Below, piece after piece: positions 59,748 through 64,000 of a stretch of DNA of 64,000 nt; the first letter of the stretch is position 1, and each line of letters opens with the position of its first letter. Below the pieces are notes generated by a model. It was not told where the DNA came from, made no database searches, and saw nothing but the letters and a program-made list of their open reading frames with translations. The translations under genes and the position numbers were made by a program. Origin of the DNA: Camelus dromedarius (lineage: Eukaryota); NCBI RefSeq assembly GCF_036321535.1, contig NC_087447.1, forward strand, positions 48,610,001-48,674,000, given 5' to 3'.

Positions 59748-61626
59748 CTAGATGATGGGTAAACACAGCTATAATTACTTGAAATGTTGGCCATATGGTT
59801 TATTAGCTACAGTAGAGATATCTGACTTTTAAAGAAACATATCAAATTAATCAAGCAGAAAATGTCAACATTGGATTAATTTAATACCCAAGGATATTGA
59901 TGGCAATGATTCCACAGGGATTTCTCAATAAAATGATCATGTATTATTTTCTCTTTTAGAAGTATGCTTTAATAACAATACAAATAAAATATAAGGGCAT
60001 CACTATAACATTATAATATGCATATACTTTAGTGTCCAATCATAATCTTAGATCTATAACTATGTATTAAAGATAATCTAAGAAGCCATAAAACTTGATA
60101 CTGTGAAATTTTAGCATTATACAGTGGTTCTGTTATATGACAACAAATTATTTTTCAGTTATAAACTAAAGTAGAATTTATGTCACACTAAATAAAGTTT
60201 GTATCAGGAAAGACAATTAACATGCTAGTTATTCACATACATTTCAGTATATGTACTTACAGTATTTAATGAAAATACATTTCATTAAGTTGTCAGTTTG
60301 TCAAGTAGCCTGATCAACAAGACATTAGGAACAGTTAACCAAAAAAGCAAGAAAGTGTATTTCTATACTTCGCAGGCTCTCAAAGTTAAAAGGGACTCAG
60401 CTTAGAGAGTATCTGAGAGTATCTATACTAACTTCTCCCATGTATTTGACATGGATCCCCTCTACTACATCTTGAATGAAGGAAAGAATACATTTGAGTA
60501 TATACTATGTCCTAAGCTCTGTGCCAAGCAATATGGGAGATAAGATGACCTAAAAATTCTCACTCTATCAATACCTCAAAATGCTAGATAAAATAGGAAA
60601 AATATTATCTAAAATGCATAGCTTAGTCCACAACCTTCTTTCCCCTTCCTTCGAAAGGGAAAACTCCAGGCAGTGGGGAAAAAAAGGAAAGAATGGAAAA
60701 CCAGAGTGATAAGGCTGTGGGCTGAAGCCTTGGCTGCCTGGGGTTTGGGAATTGTTCATTTATCTGGTTCTTGAGTGGTAATGCCCATGTGGAAGGTAGG
60801 AAATTGGAACTGAGATGCCCCTCTTAGAGGAAATATAGAATAGAAAAAGTTCTGCCCACTGTCATTGAAAGATGATGAGGAAGCATGTATGTTTCTTTTT
60901 AAGTTCTGGGTGATTAAAAAATTTCAAATCTGAGGTCCAAAGTAAAACCGAAATTACTCCTTGCCTCTGTAACTGGTAATACTACCCACTTAGCTGGCCA
61001 GGGCCAAAATCTTAGATTAGTATTAAATCTTCTTTTCCCCAGTAAAGCAGAGCTCTGTGTGCCTGGAGTCCTTCTACCCAAGATGAAAAAAGAATATAAG
61101 ATCACAGACTCATCACCCAGGAGTCCCAAACAATACTCAACATTGTGCCATATCGTCTGTCCACCCCTCCAGACCCACTCTTTACCCTTCTCCACCCTAT
61201 TTTCTGCCATGAAGCCTGACACATCAAACAGGTCCCATGGCCAACAGGGAGTCCCAGCAGAAGGTTGGAGGGAGAGGAGAGTGAGGTCAAGGTACCATTC
61301 TTACGGCTCTCTTCCTGCAAACTCCCATTCGTTCTTCAAGTTCTTGGTACAAAATGACTTTATTTCTAAACTGGTAGAGAGGATGGATTTGAGATGGGAT
61401 CGGGAAATCAAAAGTAGTAAGGTACCAAAAGTAAAAAGACCGCTGAAGAGACTTGTTAAGAGTACATATTGAGAAGTAATAAGTAAGGGCCATTAGGCAT
61501 ACATGTTTCTATCTTTCTGTCCCCAATGTCTACCTCTGCTCCCTACTATAAAAAATATATTCAGCACATATTATTTAAATAAAATAAGAACTATGAAATA
61601 AGCAAAGGTCAGGAGTCCAAGTTTAC

Positions 61627-61710
61627 CTTGTATCCATTGTCTTCTTTGCGGTTGTGAGATGCAGTAATCATTACGCCTGCAACTGCTTTGAGCTCCTGGA
61701 CTGCATATGG
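61627..61710 (-). CDS. PGM2L1: PGM2L1 exon (probably 5) with the catalytic phosphoserine loop
   Basis: Acceptor gtttcag, donor gtaaac; [28 protein letters not shown]. Confidence 0.95.
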
Positions 61711-63323
61711 CTGAAACAAACACACAAACAAACACTGTCATTCCATTTTGTTTCCTAGCTGCTCATAAATTTGACGTAAGAATAACATTGACTGAAAAAT
61801 TGGAAAAGATATTAAGATATAAATGGCCTAAAACCTCAATAATCAAGCCCAGGCTCACTGGGTATAAAGCCACCTAACTGTTAGGTCATCAGTAACCACT
61901 TACCTGTTAGACTAAATGGCTTTTTTTCTCCCCACTTTCATTTAACTTAGTCCTATAATTATTTTGTTCATTTAACAAATAGTTAACACCTACTATATGC
62001 CAGACACTCCACCAGACTCTGGAGATGTAAGAAGGGAACAGAATCATAAAATACTAGAGCTGGGAGTAAATTTAGAAATCATCTAATCCACCACATTTTA
62101 CACACTGTAAGTTTATTCAACATTAGGCAATCATAAAGGAGAAGATACAAGGGTAGAACCACTCTGTGGTCTTATATCATATAAAGGTCAAATTACCATC
62201 TTCTCTCCCAAAGTTAATTCCCAGGTTGAATTTCCCTTTTTATTTGTAGTTATTATTTGTCTATCTAGGATGTTCCCCCTACTCCTTCTACCATCATATC
62301 CAGCTTCTCTTCTGGCCATGGTGGGGGGGGGGGGGTTGGAGTGGACACATGACCCCGGGCTGACCAGAATAACCTATTCCCTTGATGATTTAACTCAGAG
62401 ACTGCCTCATAACCCAAATCTGGTCAGAGTTCTTTTCCAAGATGTTTCTGCTGCAGATAGTCAAGGAAGATAGCCTTTTGACTCAAAGTCATGGTGATAA
62501 AGGGTATGAATTTGGGACTGCTAAAAATAACTTCTTTAGCAGTTAGAGCAAATCTACCACAGTAAGAGAGGAAGGCCAACACACAGTTACAGTGGAACTG
62601 GTAAGCAGTGGCAGAATATTATAGGAATGTTCTACATTTCTGGGCCCTCTCTGGTTTCCACCATTTATTAGGGCTAAATGTTTAACAATTCCTTCAATTC
62701 TTTAAAATTCTAAAGCCACTTAGCTTTATTTCCAATAAATCACTAGTAACAATTTAGAGAGACATTATTTAATTCTCAAACATTTGGTAAAACTTGCCCA
62801 CATAATCATCTGGACCTGACATTTTTATTTTGAGATTAAAAAAAAAATCAGTTCAATTTTTTTTCAGTTTTGATATATCAATTAATCTAGAAAATGAACC
62901 AGTTCTCCTAAGCTTCACATTTATCTGCATTATGTTGTTTAGAATATTGTAGTTTTCTTAATCTCTACTGTGTTTATTATGCACTCCTTTAATTCTTTAT
63001 CTTTTCTCTTTTTTCTTGAGCACCCTTGCCAGAGCTGTCCATTTTATTATTTCTCTTCAGAGAGCCAACTTTTGTTTTGTTGATACTCTTTTTTTATTTC
63101 CTATTTATTTTCCTCATATCTTTATTTCCTTTCTTTTACTTTTTTGTATTTATTTTCTTTCACTTCTAACATACTAAGTTAAAGTCTTAGCTCATTATTT
63201 TAAATCTTTTTCCCCTAATATATTCCTTAAGACTATTAATAAGTGACTTCCTTAAGTAGGGCTTTAGTTAAATCCCATAATTTTTGCTATTTATTGTTTT
63301 CAATGTTGCTCAGTTTTTAAATA

Positions 63324-64000
63324 TAGGCAGTTGCTTTGCAAAGTTCTGAAATACATAATACTATATTTTAGTCAAACAATGCCAGTCTCCCAACATATTC
63401 AGATTTCAGTTACCACGCTACACTAACTGTAACTGCATCAAGTACAAGCTTGGCTGCTAGCTCTTCAGTCCAAAATAATTATGTATATAAGAAATCCATT
63501 GTGATCAGTGTCAAATCATGTCACTCTTTTGAAGTCTGTCAGTGATCCATCACTATGCATCTATCTTGTTAGTCAGCTCTCACAGACAGCAAAGCACGTA
63601 GTTGTGTTGTCTCCTTATCTCCCAGTGATAAATCCATGTGACAGTGTGCAAAAATAGAGTTACAGAAAAAAAAAAACTGGGAATGTTGACACTGCTGTCA
63701 TTCAAGAGACTTTAGATATGCAACCAGTCAAGCTTAGCAAAGGTGAACATATGGATACAAATGAGGTATGTGGTTGTGATAAAGAGGAGGAAGATGTCTC
63801 AGAGGAAGTGATACTGGCAAAAAAGGAATATATTTCACAACAGTAAAAATACAAAAGATAAAATGTAGAAACCTGATCCCGACTTAGAAAGGAATGTGAT
63901 ACTTCACCAAGACATAGAAAAGATGCTCATTCATATTGTTAAGTTTTATGACAAGAAGCACTGGTCATTCTTGATAAATTTTTGACAAAGAAATAAAATA
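63324..64000 (+). mobile_element. Tigger13a-like TcMar DNA transposon
   Basis: ATTTCAGTTACCACG...AGTACAAGCTTGGCTGCTAGCTCTTCAGTCCA matches the recalled consensus. Confidence 0.65.

Larger units (their letters stand above)
49734..61710 (-). other. PGM2L1: PGM2L1 gene span, last ten coding exons (probably exons 5-14; 5' part outside the window)
   Basis: Exons of 84, 194, 190, 98, 181, 94, 130, 190, 134 and 103 nt give 465 codons plus TAG, with phosphohexomutase motifs TASHN, DPDADR, FEES and RTSGTEPK. Adjacency to P4HA3 matches the known human arrangement for PGM2L1 rather than PGM2. Confidence 0.96.

Noticed and set aside
61059..61472. 137-aa plus-strand ORF in a PGM2L1 intron
   Set aside because: GTG start, overlaps L2 relic sequence, no domain similarity.

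Overview
Mammalian genomic DNA, most likely a camelid, judged from three copies of a Vic-1-like tRNA-derived SINE. Two intron-containing genes lie on the minus strand. P4HA3 (prolyl 4-hydroxylase alpha-3) coding exons 1-9 run from the ATG at 26904 to 1007 (1344 nt, 448 codons, open frame) and the gene continues past the left edge; its promoter is a CpG island at about 26.6-27.1 kb. The last ten coding exons of PGM2L1 (glucose-1,6-bisphosphate synthase) run from 61710 to the TAG at 49734 (1398 nt, open frame), followed by a long AT-rich 3' UTR. All splice junctions read are GT-AG with consistent phases. The rest is mostly L1, L2, MIR, CR1/L3, MaLR/ERV LTRs and DNA-transposon fossils, and most short ORFs in the track are noise from these. 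I found no convincing novel gene or biological system. The best leads are regulatory or structural: a divergent CTCF-motif pair between the genes, an AP-1/SMAD/CRE motif cluster in P4HA3 intron 7, a possibly Pol III-competent SINE in the PGM2L1 3' UTR, a tail-less L1 fragment with a perfect direct repeat, and a (TG)n(CA)n palindrome beside a splice donor. Repeat subfamily names and exon numbers come from my recall of consensus and human sequences, not from a search.
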